Assembly (NCBI GenBank): GCA_964486685.1
Contig: CAZAOE010000003.1
Location: forward strand, 5,306 to 69,305
DNA: 64,000 nucleotides
Direction of reading: 5' to 3'
From: an uncultured Gammaproteobacteria bacterium
GTDB lineage: Bacteria; Patescibacteriota; Patescibacteriia; UBA1558; S5-K13
This document shows positions 27,652-37,560 of the stretch, piece after piece. The first letter of the stretch is position 1, and every line of letters begins with the position of its first letter. Below the pieces are notes generated by a model. It had not been told where the DNA came from. It made no database searches and saw only the letters and a list, made by a program, of their open reading frames with translations. The position numbers and the translations under genes are program-made.

Positions 27652-27662
27652 ATTAATAATTA

Positions 27663-28265
27663 GTGATAAAAAATATGGAAAACCCCAAACAGGAAAAAAC
27701 ATTTTTAATGGTTAAGCCCGATGGAGTAATCAGGGGATTAACGGGCCAAATTATTGAAAGAATAGAACAAAGAGGACTAAAGATAGTTGCCTTACAAATG
27801 TTTAGGCCTACATATGAACAAATGGATAATCATTATTCTAAAGACGAAAAGTGGATTGAAAGATTAGGTGAAAAAACTTTAGCTACTTATGAAAAATATG
27901 GATATGATGCTGTTAAAGAAATAGGTACAAAAAACAAATTAGAAATAGGAAAAAAGGTTAGAAAATGGTTAATTGATTTTATGACCTCAGCCCCTTTAAT
28001 CAAAATGGTGATTCAGGGAGTACATGCCGTAGATATGGTTCGAAAATTAGCTGGACCAACTATGCCTTCTATGGCTGAAATGGGAACTATTCGCGGAGAT
28101 TTTTCCGTGGATTCTCCAGCAGCCGCCAATAAAGACCACCGGGCAGTCCGAAATATAATTCATGCTTCTGAAACTCCCGAAGAAGCCGAACACGAAATCA
28201 GTCATTGGTTTTCTCCGGAAGAAATACATGAATATAAAAGAAGTATAGACGGCATTGCTTTTTAA
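27663..28265 (+). CDS. ndk: nucleoside diphosphate kinase (long form)
   Basis: TFLMVKPDGV; NIIHASE active-site His region; 200 aa with insertion. Confidence 0.8.
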   Translation: MIKNMENPKQEKTFLMVKPDGVIRGLTGQIIERIEQRGLKIVALQMFRPTYEQMDNHYSKDEKWIERLGEKTLATYEKYGYDAVKEIGTKNKLEIGKKVRKWLIDFMTSAPLIKMVIQGVHAVDMVRKLAGPTMPSMAEMGTIRGDFSVDSPAAANKDHRAVRNIIHASETPEEAEHEISHWFSPEEIHEYKRSIDGIAF

Positions 28266-28287
28266 AAAAATTAAATATAAATAAGCT

Positions 28288-28314
28288 ACCACCAGTTAAA
28301 CGCTGGTGGTTTTG
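28288..28314 (+). terminator. ndk terminator ACCACCAGTTAAACGCTGGTGGT plus T-run
   Basis: perfect 9-bp stem. Confidence 0.7.
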
Positions 28315-29019
28315 TTATTTGATTAGAATTATATTAATCAATATTTATAATATTCGTATTTCTGCGCCATTACAAAAATTTAGCTACAATTCGAATGACA
28401 AGTAATAGAATTTCTATGAGAAATAAGAATGACGAATATTGAAATTCATTGCTCGGAATGATGAATTGTCTAAATTTTTGTACAGGCGCGACTTTTTGGC
28501 TCCACCTTTTTCTAGAAAAAGGTGGAAAAAGAAAAAGAATATGCGAATACTTTATTAAAATATTAATACTTAACTATCTAACGAAACAATACTTAGTTAA
28601 AATCGTTATTACTTAGTTATTAATTTTAACTTCAAAACCAACCAAACTTGATACTTTTTTCTTATAAAAATAAACCCTCAGTGGGATTATTGTTTTTGTA
28701 AAACAAAAGTGCTATAATATAAACATGCCTAGAAAATCAGTATATGGAAGACTTTGATTTAACATTGGGAGTTCGGGTAATTTAAAACTGAGGTTTTAAA
28801 TTCAGAACTTAACCCACTATTATGGTTTTTGAGGCTTCCAATATCCAACTGATATTTTAGGCATTTTCAAAACTGGGCTTTCCTGCCCGGTTTTCTTTTA
28901 AACTAATTTTAAATAAACATATTTTTTGCTATAATAAAGCTAAGCAGAAAGTAAAAAAATAAGGTTTAAGGTGCTTTATGCTTTATGCTTTCTACTTTTA
29001 CCTTTTAACCATCCTTTTT

Positions 29020-30012
29020 ATGTTCAAAAAATTTGATATAGTCACAATCGGTGGAGCCACTCAAGACATTATTTATTACACTAAAGATGCTGAAATTATT
29101 AATAATAAAAAAAACATCTTAAAACAAAAATTAATAGCTTTTGAATATGGAGCAAAAATAATCTCCGATAATGTTTATTTAACCTTTGGGGGCGGGGGAA
29201 TGAATACTGCTATTAATTTTTCTACCTTAGGTTTAAAAACCGGAACTATATTAAATTTAGGACTAGATTGGATTGGAGAATTAATTATTAAAGAGTTAAA
29301 AAATAAAAAAATCATCACTAATTATATTAATTTAGACCAAAATCGCTATTCTGGTTTTTCTTTTATCTTAAGTTATAAAAATTATAATGACCGCACCATT
29401 TTTGGACACCGCGGAGCTAATAAATTTCTAAAATTATCTAAAAATCAACTAAGTAAAATTAAAACTAAATGGATTTATATATCTTCTTTAAGCGGGGCTG
29501 ATGCCTTAGTTAAAAAAAATTTACAAAACATATTTAGCTCTTTTAGAAAAATAAAGATTGCTTGGAATCCTGGCCACGCTCAATTAAATTATGGTTATAA
29601 ATTTTTCCAAAAATATCTACCCCAAATTGAATGTTTTAATTTAAATAAAGATGAGGCCATAGAATTGGTATTATCAGCTGGTATCAAAACCACTAATATG
29701 GAAAAACTTTTAAAAACCATCTACAGCTGGGGAGCAAAAATGGTTTTAATCACTAATGGACATAAAGGAGCTTATGTTTATAATGGTGCTAAAATATATT
29801 ATAAAAACGCCCTAGGTCATAAAGGTATAAATATCACCGGAGCTGGAGATGCCTTTGGATCTAGTTTTATATCTGGACTAATGATTTATAAAAAAAACAT
29901 AGAAAAATCCCTTAAATTGGCTACTTACCAAGCCGGAGCAGTAATTAAAGAAATGGGAGCCCAAAAAGGATTATTAAGTATTAATAAAATAAAAACTAAA
30001 TATAATTTATAA
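29020..30012 (+). CDS. PfkB-family carbohydrate/nucleoside kinase
   Basis: FDIVTIGGATQD N-terminus, GAGDAFGSSF C-terminal motif; start chosen at MFKKFD (ORF-track start 28978 is possible). Confidence 0.75.
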   Translation: MFKKFDIVTIGGATQDIIYYTKDAEIINNKKNILKQKLIAFEYGAKIISDNVYLTFGGGGMNTAINFSTLGLKTGTILNLGLDWIGELIIKELKNKKIITNYINLDQNRYSGFSFILSYKNYNDRTIFGHRGANKFLKLSKNQLSKIKTKWIYISSLSGADALVKKNLQNIFSSFRKIKIAWNPGHAQLNYGYKFFQKYLPQIECFNLNKDEAIELVLSAGIKTTNMEKLLKTIYSWGAKMVLITNGHKGAYVYNGAKIYYKNALGHKGINITGAGDAFGSSFISGLMIYKKNIEKSLKLATYQAGAVIKEMGAQKGLLSINKIKTKYNL

Positions 30013-30091
30013 ATTACCCCGCACCAGAAAGCCCTCAGCTCCTGTTGGAGGAACTTCACAATTAATTTTAAAATTAAAACAATAAAATATT

Positions 30092-30661
30092 ATGCAAGCA
30101 GAAATAGAATACTCAAACCGACATATTCACATCAGCAAGGGCTTACTAGAAAAATTATTTGGCCCAGAATATCAATTATCTCTAGAAAAAAAACTTTCCC
30201 AAGCTGAAGATTTTTCTGCTCAAGAAACTCTAACCATAATTGGTCCTAAGGAAAAAATTGAAAATGTCCGAATAATTGGTCCTTGTCGAGAAAAAACTCA
30301 AATTGAAGTTTTAAAATCTGATGCTTTTAAATTAGGAATAGATGTACCTATTAAAATCTCTGGGGATTTAGAAAACACTCCGGGAATTAAAATTATAGGG
30401 CCCCTGGGCGAAGTTGATTTGGAAAATGGTCTAATAATAGCTAAAAGGCATTTACATATTGCCCCTGATGAAGCTAAAAAGCTAAAACTAAAACCAGGAC
30501 AAAAAATAAAATTAAAAATTAAGGGAGAACGGGCCCTAATATTTGATGAAATTATTGTCAGAATTAAAGAGGGCTATACCACAAAAATTCATTTAGATAT
30601 AGAAGAAGCCAATGCCGGGGATATTAAACAAAACGACCAAGGCGAGTTGTTAATAGATTAA
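30092..30661 (+). CDS. pduL: PduL-type phosphate acyltransferase (phosphotransacetylase/propanoyltransferase)
   Basis: duplicated PduL halves with SNRHIHIS and AKRHLHIA, VRIIGP...TQIEV; directly upstream of ackA. Confidence 0.8.
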   Translation: MQAEIEYSNRHIHISKGLLEKLFGPEYQLSLEKKLSQAEDFSAQETLTIIGPKEKIENVRIIGPCREKTQIEVLKSDAFKLGIDVPIKISGDLENTPGIKIIGPLGEVDLENGLIIAKRHLHIAPDEAKKLKLKPGQKIKLKIKGERALIFDEIIVRIKEGYTTKIHLDIEEANAGDIKQNDQGELLID

Positions 30662-30780
30662 TTGAATAATAGAATAATAGGTTAATAGAAAATCATCATT
30701 TTTATACTTATAAATAATAAAATTATTCGTACTATTGGTATCATTCGTATAATTTATTAGTATTATTAGTACCATTCGTA

Positions 30781-30804
30781 CCTGCCTGCCGGCAGGCAGG
30801 TATT
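30781..30804. repeat. second exact copy of CCTGCCTGCCGGCAGGCAGGTATT, ~20 nt upstream of ackA
   Basis: identical to 11055-11078. Confidence 0.8.
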
Positions 30805-30825
30805 AGCATTATAATCATTAGTATT

Positions 30826-32010
30826 ATGAGGAAGCAAAAATACATTTTAGTTTTGAACAGTGGAAGCACTTCTTTGAAGTTCAAAATTTTTAATTACTAT
30901 AGTTTAAAAGAAATTCATTGTGGAGCGATAGAAAAAATCGGATTAAAAAAATCAATTATACAATTTGATAACTCTAATATTAAAAATAGAAAAACAATAA
31001 TTAATCATTCTCAAGCCCTAAAAATAATCAATGATTTTATAAAAAACGAAACTAATATAAAAATATCTTTAATCTTGCACAGAATAGTTCATGGAGGTGT
31101 GGAATTTAATCAAGCCACAAAATTAGACCAAAAAACAATAAATAAAATAAGTAAATATAATAATTTGGCTCCCTTACATAATCCAGTAAATTTAAAAGTT
31201 GCCCAAGAGGCCTTAAAAATCTGGCCGAGGATAAAACAAATAGGAATGTTTGATACTATGTTTTTTAAAAATATTCCCCTCCCAGCATACCTTTACCCGT
31301 TACCTCTAAAATATTTCCAAAAATATAATATTAGAAAATTTGGCTTTCATGGATTTTCCCACCAAAACATGTTGAAATGGTCTGCTAAAAATTTAAAAAA
31401 AAGAATAAATCAATGTAATTTGATAACCTGTCATCTAGGTGGGGGCTCTAGTATAGCTGTTATTAAAAATGGGGAACCCATAGAAATATCAATGGGCTTT
31501 AGTCCTTCGTCAGGGTTAATGATGATGAATAGAGCTGGCGACTTAGATCCAGCCATTATTTTCCATCTTTTAAAAAATGCTAAAATGTCCCTAAATCAAA
31601 TATATCAATTATTAAATTTTGAATCTGGGTTAAGGGGCATGACAAAAATTGGAGATTTGCGTGATATTATGATTTTAGCTGGATATAAAATAAAAAATTA
31701 TTCATCACCACGCCTCGAAAAAGGTCTAGGGGGTAAATCAAACACAAAAGCAACCAAAGAGAACAAACAACTCGCAAAATTAGCTTTAGATTTGTTTATA
31801 TACAAAATTCAAAGATATTTATCATCCTATATAACTTTATTACCAAAAATTGATGCCATTGTATTTAGTGGAGCAATAGGTGAAAGAAATGCGGATATTA
31901 GAAACTTAATATTTAAAAACATATATTTTCCTAAAAAATACAAAAAAATTATAGTTAAATGTAATGAAGAAAAAATAATGGCTGAAATAATTAAAAAAAT
32001 TAATTTATAA
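30826..32010 (+). CDS. ackA: acetate kinase
   Basis: ILVLNSGSTSLKFKIF N-terminus; HLGGGSS. Confidence 0.85.
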   Translation: MRKQKYILVLNSGSTSLKFKIFNYYSLKEIHCGAIEKIGLKKSIIQFDNSNIKNRKTIINHSQALKIINDFIKNETNIKISLILHRIVHGGVEFNQATKLDQKTINKISKYNNLAPLHNPVNLKVAQEALKIWPRIKQIGMFDTMFFKNIPLPAYLYPLPLKYFQKYNIRKFGFHGFSHQNMLKWSAKNLKKRINQCNLITCHLGGGSSIAVIKNGEPIEISMGFSPSSGLMMMNRAGDLDPAIIFHLLKNAKMSLNQIYQLLNFESGLRGMTKIGDLRDIMILAGYKIKNYSSPRLEKGLGGKSNTKATKENKQLAKLALDLFIYKIQRYLSSYITLLPKIDAIVFSGAIGERNADIRNLIFKNIYFPKKYKKIIVKCNEEKIMAEIIKKINL

Positions 32011-32033
32011 CTTACGGCTTATAGCTTAAAAGC

Positions 32034-32495
32034 ATGAACAAAATTAAAAAAATAATATTTATATCTATCGTCGCGTTGCTTATCGCTAATACTAATCTAA
32101 TTATTGCCCAAGAATATACTGTTTATGAAGGCCCTTCTGATATTCAAGAAGAAATTGAAAGCGAAGGAAATTATCAACAAGATGAAGAAGGTAATTATGA
32201 AATTCAATATATAGAAACTCGGGATGAATTAGAAGCGGGTCTTTTTGAAAAAATTGTCAATAGTGTTGAAAACAAAAACGGAGAAATAAAATATAATTAT
32301 TTAGATTATACTAGTTGGCATTTTTGGTTTTTAATAATTATTATATTATTAATTATATTTACAACTATTAAATTTTTAAAACAATTAAAAAAAATAAACA
32401 AAAAAATCCAGAGACAAGATAATATTATTTCTGAACAAAAAAAACTTATAGAAACTAATGATGTTAAAGAAGGGGATGAGATTATTTATGAATAA
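32034..32495 (+). CDS. hypothetical secreted acidic protein with C-terminal TM anchor
   Basis: 153 aa; signal-like N-terminus, acidic middle, C-terminal TM. Confidence 0.4.
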   Translation: MNKIKKIIFISIVALLIANTNLIIAQEYTVYEGPSDIQEEIESEGNYQQDEEGNYEIQYIETRDELEAGLFEKIVNSVENKNGEIKYNYLDYTSWHFWFLIIIILLIIFTTIKFLKQLKKINKKIQRQDNIISEQKKLIETNDVKEGDEIIYE

Positions 32496-33570
32496 AAATA
32501 TGCCTAAAAAAACCTTAATTACTGGAAATGAAATAGTAGTTAAATCCGCTTTGGCTGCTGGGGCCAAGGCCTATTTTGGTTATCCGATTACTCCGGCCAC
32601 AGAAATAATGACTGAGTGGGATAAAGAATATGAGCAAAGAAAAGACCTAATATTTTTACAAACCGAAGATGAAATGTCGGCTGGCTTTGCCATGATTGGC
32701 TCGGTTTTAACTGGAATAAAAACTTTTACTGCCACCTCTGGACCAGGAAATATCTTAATGCAAGATGCTTTTGCAATGGCCGAAGCCATGCGTATCCCCA
32801 CAGTAGCAATTATTGGCCAAAGAGGAGGACCATCAACTGGCTCTGTTATTTATTCCCAACAAGAATTAACCTTAACGGCTTTTGGTGGTAATGGCGAGGG
32901 CTATCGCATAGTTTATTCACCTACTAATTTACAAGAGCTTTATGACCATATTATTAAGGCCTTTAATACTGCTTGGAAATATAAATTTCCGGTCTTTGTA
33001 CTGACTGATGGCTATACTTTAAAAACTCGAGCTTTAGTAGAATTAACCAAACCAAAAAATATAGTTAAATCTTATCCTTTAGTTCTAAAATCTAAAATTA
33101 GAAATAATTCTAAAGAATCTAATTATCAAAATCTAAACAATACTTTTGCCACCGAAGAACAATGTTATCAAGCCAATATAAATCTATTAAATGCCTTTAA
33201 TAAAATTAAGGATAAAATTACTGAATCAGAAATTTATTCTTTAAGCAAAAATCCTAAAACCTTAATAATTGCTCACGGCATCGTGGCTGCTTCTGTTAAA
33301 CAAGCGATTAATGATTCTAAGAACCTTGCCTACCGGCAGGCAGGTAGAAAAGTTAAGCTCTTCCGACCAATTACTTTGAACCCTTTTCCAGATAAAAATT
33401 TAAAGAAAAATTTAAAGGGGATTAAAAAAATAATTATCGTTGAATCAGCTGCCAATCAATTATTAAAACTGGTTAAAGAAAATATTTATGGTGCTAAAAT
33501 TCCCATCCAAACTTATTGCCGACCAGGATTAGGAATTAGTCCAGAGGAGATAATAAAATTAATAAAATAA
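32488..33570 (+). CDS. porA: 2-oxoacid:ferredoxin oxidoreductase alpha subunit
   Basis: LITGNEIVVKSALAAGAKAYFGYPITPATEI; start set at MNKNMPKK preceded by AGGGGATGAG (ORF-track start 32458). Confidence 0.8.
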   Translation: MNKNMPKKTLITGNEIVVKSALAAGAKAYFGYPITPATEIMTEWDKEYEQRKDLIFLQTEDEMSAGFAMIGSVLTGIKTFTATSGPGNILMQDAFAMAEAMRIPTVAIIGQRGGPSTGSVIYSQQELTLTAFGGNGEGYRIVYSPTNLQELYDHIIKAFNTAWKYKFPVFVLTDGYTLKTRALVELTKPKNIVKSYPLVLKSKIRNNSKESNYQNLNNTFATEEQCYQANINLLNAFNKIKDKITESEIYSLSKNPKTLIIAHGIVAASVKQAINDSKNLAYRQAGRKVKLFRPITLNPFPDKNLKKNLKGIKKIIIVESAANQLLKLVKENIYGAKIPIQTYCRPGLGISPEEIIKLIK

Positions 33571-33579
33571 GCTAACATA

Positions 33580-34344
33580 ATGCCAAATAAAAAACAAAAT
33601 AAAAATAACCCAAATCTTGCCTGGCCTCAATGCTGGAAACATTCTTCTAAGCCCCATAATTTCTGCCCGGGCTGTGGACACCCTATTATCTTAAAAATGC
33701 TCGGAGAAATAATTGACGAAATGAAAATTCAAAATAATACCTTGTTTGGGGTAGATATTGGTTGTTCGCTTTTGGCCTGGGACTTTTATAATATTGATAC
33801 TGTGCAAACCCATCATGGCCGAACTGTTCCAGTCATTATCGGCGCAAAAAGAGCTCGCCCAAATGCTCTTTGTATTGCTTATGTTGGCGATGGCGGAGCT
33901 TATGCTATTGGAGCCCAACACTTGGTTAGTTCTCGGGTGCGCAATGAAAACATTACCACCATTGTGGTTAATAATGCCAATTATGGTATGACTGGCGGAC
34001 AAGAGGCTCCCACATCTATTCCTGGCCAAATTACCACTACTTCCGTAAAAGGCGCTGATAAATTTTATTTAAAAGGACCAGAAATGGTTGCTCAAATAAG
34101 CGAGACCCCAGCTTATATTGCTCGCGGAGCCGTGGATAATCCAATTCAATTAAAAATGTTTTTAAAAAGGGCCTTAGAATGGCAATTAGCTAACAAGGGC
34201 TTTTCTTTTGTAGAGGTTTTATCATTTTGTCCAACTAATTGGAAAACTGATGCCAAAGATACTTTAGCTTTCTTAAATAAATTAAAAAAGTTTTATCCGC
34301 TTGGAGAAATAACCAATAAATCCAAAATCCTAAACTCCAAATAA
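33580..34344 (+). CDS. porB: 2-oxoacid:ferredoxin oxidoreductase beta (TPP-binding) subunit
   Basis: CPGCGH...GDGG TPP motif. Confidence 0.85.
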   Translation: MPNKKQNKNNPNLAWPQCWKHSSKPHNFCPGCGHPIILKMLGEIIDEMKIQNNTLFGVDIGCSLLAWDFYNIDTVQTHHGRTVPVIIGAKRARPNALCIAYVGDGGAYAIGAQHLVSSRVRNENITTIVVNNANYGMTGGQEAPTSIPGQITTTSVKGADKFYLKGPEMVAQISETPAYIARGAVDNPIQLKMFLKRALEWQLANKGFSFVEVLSFCPTNWKTDAKDTLAFLNKLKKFYPLGEITNKSKILNSK

Positions 34345-34357
34345 CCAATTAAATAAT

Positions 34358-34897
34358 ATGAAAAATAAGAATATCAAAATTCTAATAGCGGGCGAAGGCG
34401 GGCAGGGAGTGCAGACTATTAGCAAAATTTTAACCGAAGCTGCTTATCACAAAAATCTAGAAGTCAGTTTTGTTCCTAATTATGGAGTAGAGCAGCGAGG
34501 TGGGGTTTCTTTGGGCTATATTAAATTTGGAAAGGAAAAGATAAATTATCCTAAATTTATTACTGCCGACATAGCTGTATTTTTATCTGAAAGAGCGGTT
34601 AAAAGAGCCGAGGATTATATTAATCAAAAATCAATTGTAATTTGTAATCAAGACTTTATTAAAAAACCACCACCTAAAGCCCTAAATTATCCTTTTGACA
34701 GTTTAGCTAATAAAATAGGCAATAACCGAGTAATGAATATGATAGTACTTGGCGTTATAGCCAAGCACATAAAAAAAATAATCAGCCCTGAAGATATTAA
34801 AAAAGAAGTGAACAAAAAATTAGTTCATAAATACAAAAAGTACCCCGAGCTTAAAAAGATGAATATTGAGGCCTTAGAAGCTGGATATAAATTATAA
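34358..34897 (+). CDS. porG: 2-oxoacid:ferredoxin oxidoreductase gamma subunit
   Basis: ILIAGEGGQGVQT motif. Confidence 0.8.
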   Translation: MKNKNIKILIAGEGGQGVQTISKILTEAAYHKNLEVSFVPNYGVEQRGGVSLGYIKFGKEKINYPKFITADIAVFLSERAVKRAEDYINQKSIVICNQDFIKKPPPKALNYPFDSLANKIGNNRVMNMIVLGVIAKHIKKIISPEDIKKEVNKKLVHKYKKYPELKKMNIEALEAGYKL

Positions 34898-35048
34898 TAA
34901 ATTTGTATTCAATTCACAATTTTCATTTGTCAATTTTCATTGAATAATCAATAAACAATTTAAAATTTACAATATCGTATTTAATTAAAATTGATAATTG
35001 GTAATTTACTACGATTTAAAATAAATATAATTAATAATTACAAAAACT

Positions 35049-36050
35049 ATGAATAAAAAAACACGTATCGCTATTAATGGCTTTGGTCGAATTGGTAGAG
35101 GAGCTTTTAAAATTGCTTTAAAAAATAAAAACATCCAAGTGGTAGCTATTAATGACTTAACTGACAACAAAACCCTGGCTCATTTACTAAAATATGATTC
35201 TGTGCAAAAAAATTTTAAAGGAAATATAAAAGCCACTGAAAATGCTTTAATAATTAATAATAAAAAAATTCCTGCTTTTGCTGAAAAAGACCCCTTAAAT
35301 TTACCCTGGAAAGAATTAGCAGTAGATATTGTTTTAGAATGTACTGGAATATTTAGAACCAAAGAGACGGCTAGTTTGCATTTAAAAGCTGGTGCTAAAA
35401 AAGTGGTTATTTCAGCACCTTCTAAGGGATTGGGAATCCAGACCATAGTTCCAGGAGTTAATGATGATAAAATTAAAAAAAATCAAAAAATATTTGATTT
35501 AGCCTCTTGTACTACCAATTGTATTGCTCCAGTAATGAAAATAGTCTGTGATAATTTTGGGGTAGAAAAAGCCCTAATGACAACCATTCATGGATATACT
35601 GCTGACCAAAACCTAATTGATGGACCACATAAGGACTTAAGAAGAGCGCGAGCTGCGGCTATTAATATTGTTCCCACAACTACTGGAGCCGCCATTGCTA
35701 CTGTTAAAGTTATTCCTCAATTAAAAGGCAAATTTGATGGTATGGCTATTCGCGTACCAGTAGCTAATGGTTCACTTTCTGATATTACTATTCGAACTAA
35801 AAAGAAAGTTACTGTTGAACAAATTAATAAGGTCTTTAAAAAAGAAGCTCGCTTGAAAAAATGGCAAGGTATTTTACAAGCTACCGAAGAACCAATTGTC
35901 TCCACTGATATTATTGGCAATCCCCATTCTTCAATTGTTGACTTATTATCTACCAAAGTTATGGGCGATAATTTAGTCAAAATAATTTCTTGGTATGATA
36001 ATGAGTGGGGATACTCAAATAGATTAATTGAGTTTTGTGAGAAGATATAG
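35049..36050 (+). CDS. gap: glyceraldehyde-3-phosphate dehydrogenase
   Basis: INGFGRIGR; ASCTTNC active site. Confidence 0.9.
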   Translation: MNKKTRIAINGFGRIGRGAFKIALKNKNIQVVAINDLTDNKTLAHLLKYDSVQKNFKGNIKATENALIINNKKIPAFAEKDPLNLPWKELAVDIVLECTGIFRTKETASLHLKAGAKKVVISAPSKGLGIQTIVPGVNDDKIKKNQKIFDLASCTTNCIAPVMKIVCDNFGVEKALMTTIHGYTADQNLIDGPHKDLRRARAAAINIVPTTTGAAIATVKVIPQLKGKFDGMAIRVPVANGSLSDITIRTKKKVTVEQINKVFKKEARLKKWQGILQATEEPIVSTDIIGNPHSSIVDLLSTKVMGDNLVKIISWYDNEWGYSNRLIEFCEKI

Positions 36051-36249
36051 TTTTTGCTGAGTAAAAAATCACTTCTTAAATCAACATCTTTAATTTTGAA
36101 TTTTCAATTTTGAATTTTAATTAAATTCTCAATGACTTAATTTACAAACATAAATGAAAATTGAAAATTGGTTATTTACCCTGTTAAATTATTTTTCCAA
36201 AATACTATTTAACAGGGTAAAATGTAAATTGTAAATTTCAAATTGTAAA

Positions 36250-37137
36250 TTGTATATGAATATCTCTATCATCATCGTTAATTATAAAGTCAAAGACCTG
36301 CTGGACAATTGCCTCCAGTCTATTTTTAGTAATTCGGAAAATATAGAGTTGGATGTAATTGTGGTAGATAATAATTCTCAAGATGGTAGCGTAGAAATGG
36401 TTAAAAAAAAATATCCGCAAATTAATTTAATTGCTTCTCCGGAAAATCTCGGTTTTGCTAAAGCCAATAATCTTGGTTTTCAAAAAGCTAAATCCCCACA
36501 CCTTAAAAAAGGTGATGGGGATAAATATGACTATATTTTACTTTTAAATCCAGACATGAAGTTATTCCCAAATACCTTAGAAAATGCTCTAAAATGGGCA
36601 AATATGCATCCTCAAGCCCAAGTAATTGGCTGTCATCTAATAGATCAAAATAATCAAACTATTTTTCATATTCGTCAATTTCCAACTCTTTTAGATCAAT
36701 TGGCTATTATTTTAAAACTGCCCCATATTTTCCCGCAAATTCTAAATAAATACTTACGAAAAAAATTTGATTATTCTCAAGCCAGTAAGGTTGATTCTGT
36801 ACGCGGAGCATTTTTTTTAGTTCAACGCAAAACCTATGAGGGGCTTCAAGGATTAGATGAAAAATATTTTGTTTGGTTTGAAGAAGTTGATTTTTGTAAA
36901 AAAGTTTATGAGAGTGGAGGAGAGGTGTGGTATACTCCAGATGCTAAATGCATTGATTATGTTGGTAAAAGTTTCTCTCAAGTACCTCGAGGCGTAACTC
37001 AAAAATATTTTCGCGACTCTATGCTAAAATATTTTAAAAAATGGCATCCATGTTGGCAGTGGATAATTTTAAAAATAGCTTGGGTAATCGGTGCCTTGCT
37101 AGCAAAATTAAAAATTAAATCACAAATAAAAACATAA
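36250..37137 (+). CDS. family 2 glycosyltransferase
   Basis: ISIIIVNYK ... VIVVDNNSQDGS; carries in-frame palindromic element at 36492-36528. Confidence 0.8.
   Translation: MYMNISIIIVNYKVKDLLDNCLQSIFSNSENIELDVIVVDNNSQDGSVEMVKKKYPQINLIASPENLGFAKANNLGFQKAKSPHLKKGDGDKYDYILLLNPDMKLFPNTLENALKWANMHPQAQVIGCHLIDQNNQTIFHIRQFPTLLDQLAIILKLPHIFPQILNKYLRKKFDYSQASKVDSVRGAFFLVQRKTYEGLQGLDEKYFVWFEEVDFCKKVYESGGEVWYTPDAKCIDYVGKSFSQVPRGVTQKYFRDSMLKYFKKWHPCWQWIILKIAWVIGALLAKLKIKSQIKT
36492..36528. repeat. in-frame palindromic mini-element (family B) ATCCCCACACCTT-AAAAA-AGGTGATGGGGAT encoding SPHLKKGDGDK
   Basis: near-identical element at 56131-56161 inside miaA; intergenic relative at 43468-43578. Confidence 0.8.
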
Positions 37138-37560
37138 AAAAAACAGCCCCTTTCCTTTGAAGAGGCTGAAAAGCATTTATAAATTTTCAAATCCAGCGGG
37201 AAAAAACCTTAATTAAAATCAGTATGAAAGAAAATAGCGTAACACCAAATAAACGAAATCGAGCTGGAAAGCTTAGAAATCTCTCAACATAGAACTTCTG
37301 AGACATCCAAGTCAATAAAAGGGGGTACAAAAACTCCAAAAACACAAACCGCTAAGAAATTCCAGTCACTGCCATAAAAATCAAGAATTATCATTTTAAT
37401 GCCAAAAATAATAGCAATTATTGATGACAATCCAATAAGAATGGAAAAAATAGTTTCAATATTTTTTTTGACCACTTGGTCCTCCTTTTAATTAGATTAT
37501 AATAATAAATTAGCACAATAAAGAAAAAAATCAATAGTAAATTGTCAAAAATAAACACAC

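Noticed and set aside
28266-28977. tmRNA, RNase P RNA, SRP RNA or 6S RNA in long intergenic regions
   Set aside because: No GGGG...CCA tRNA-like ends with a tag ORF (tmRNA), no RNase P P4 consensus, and no SRP domain-IV motif recognisable by eye. Left as an unassigned leader (see findings).
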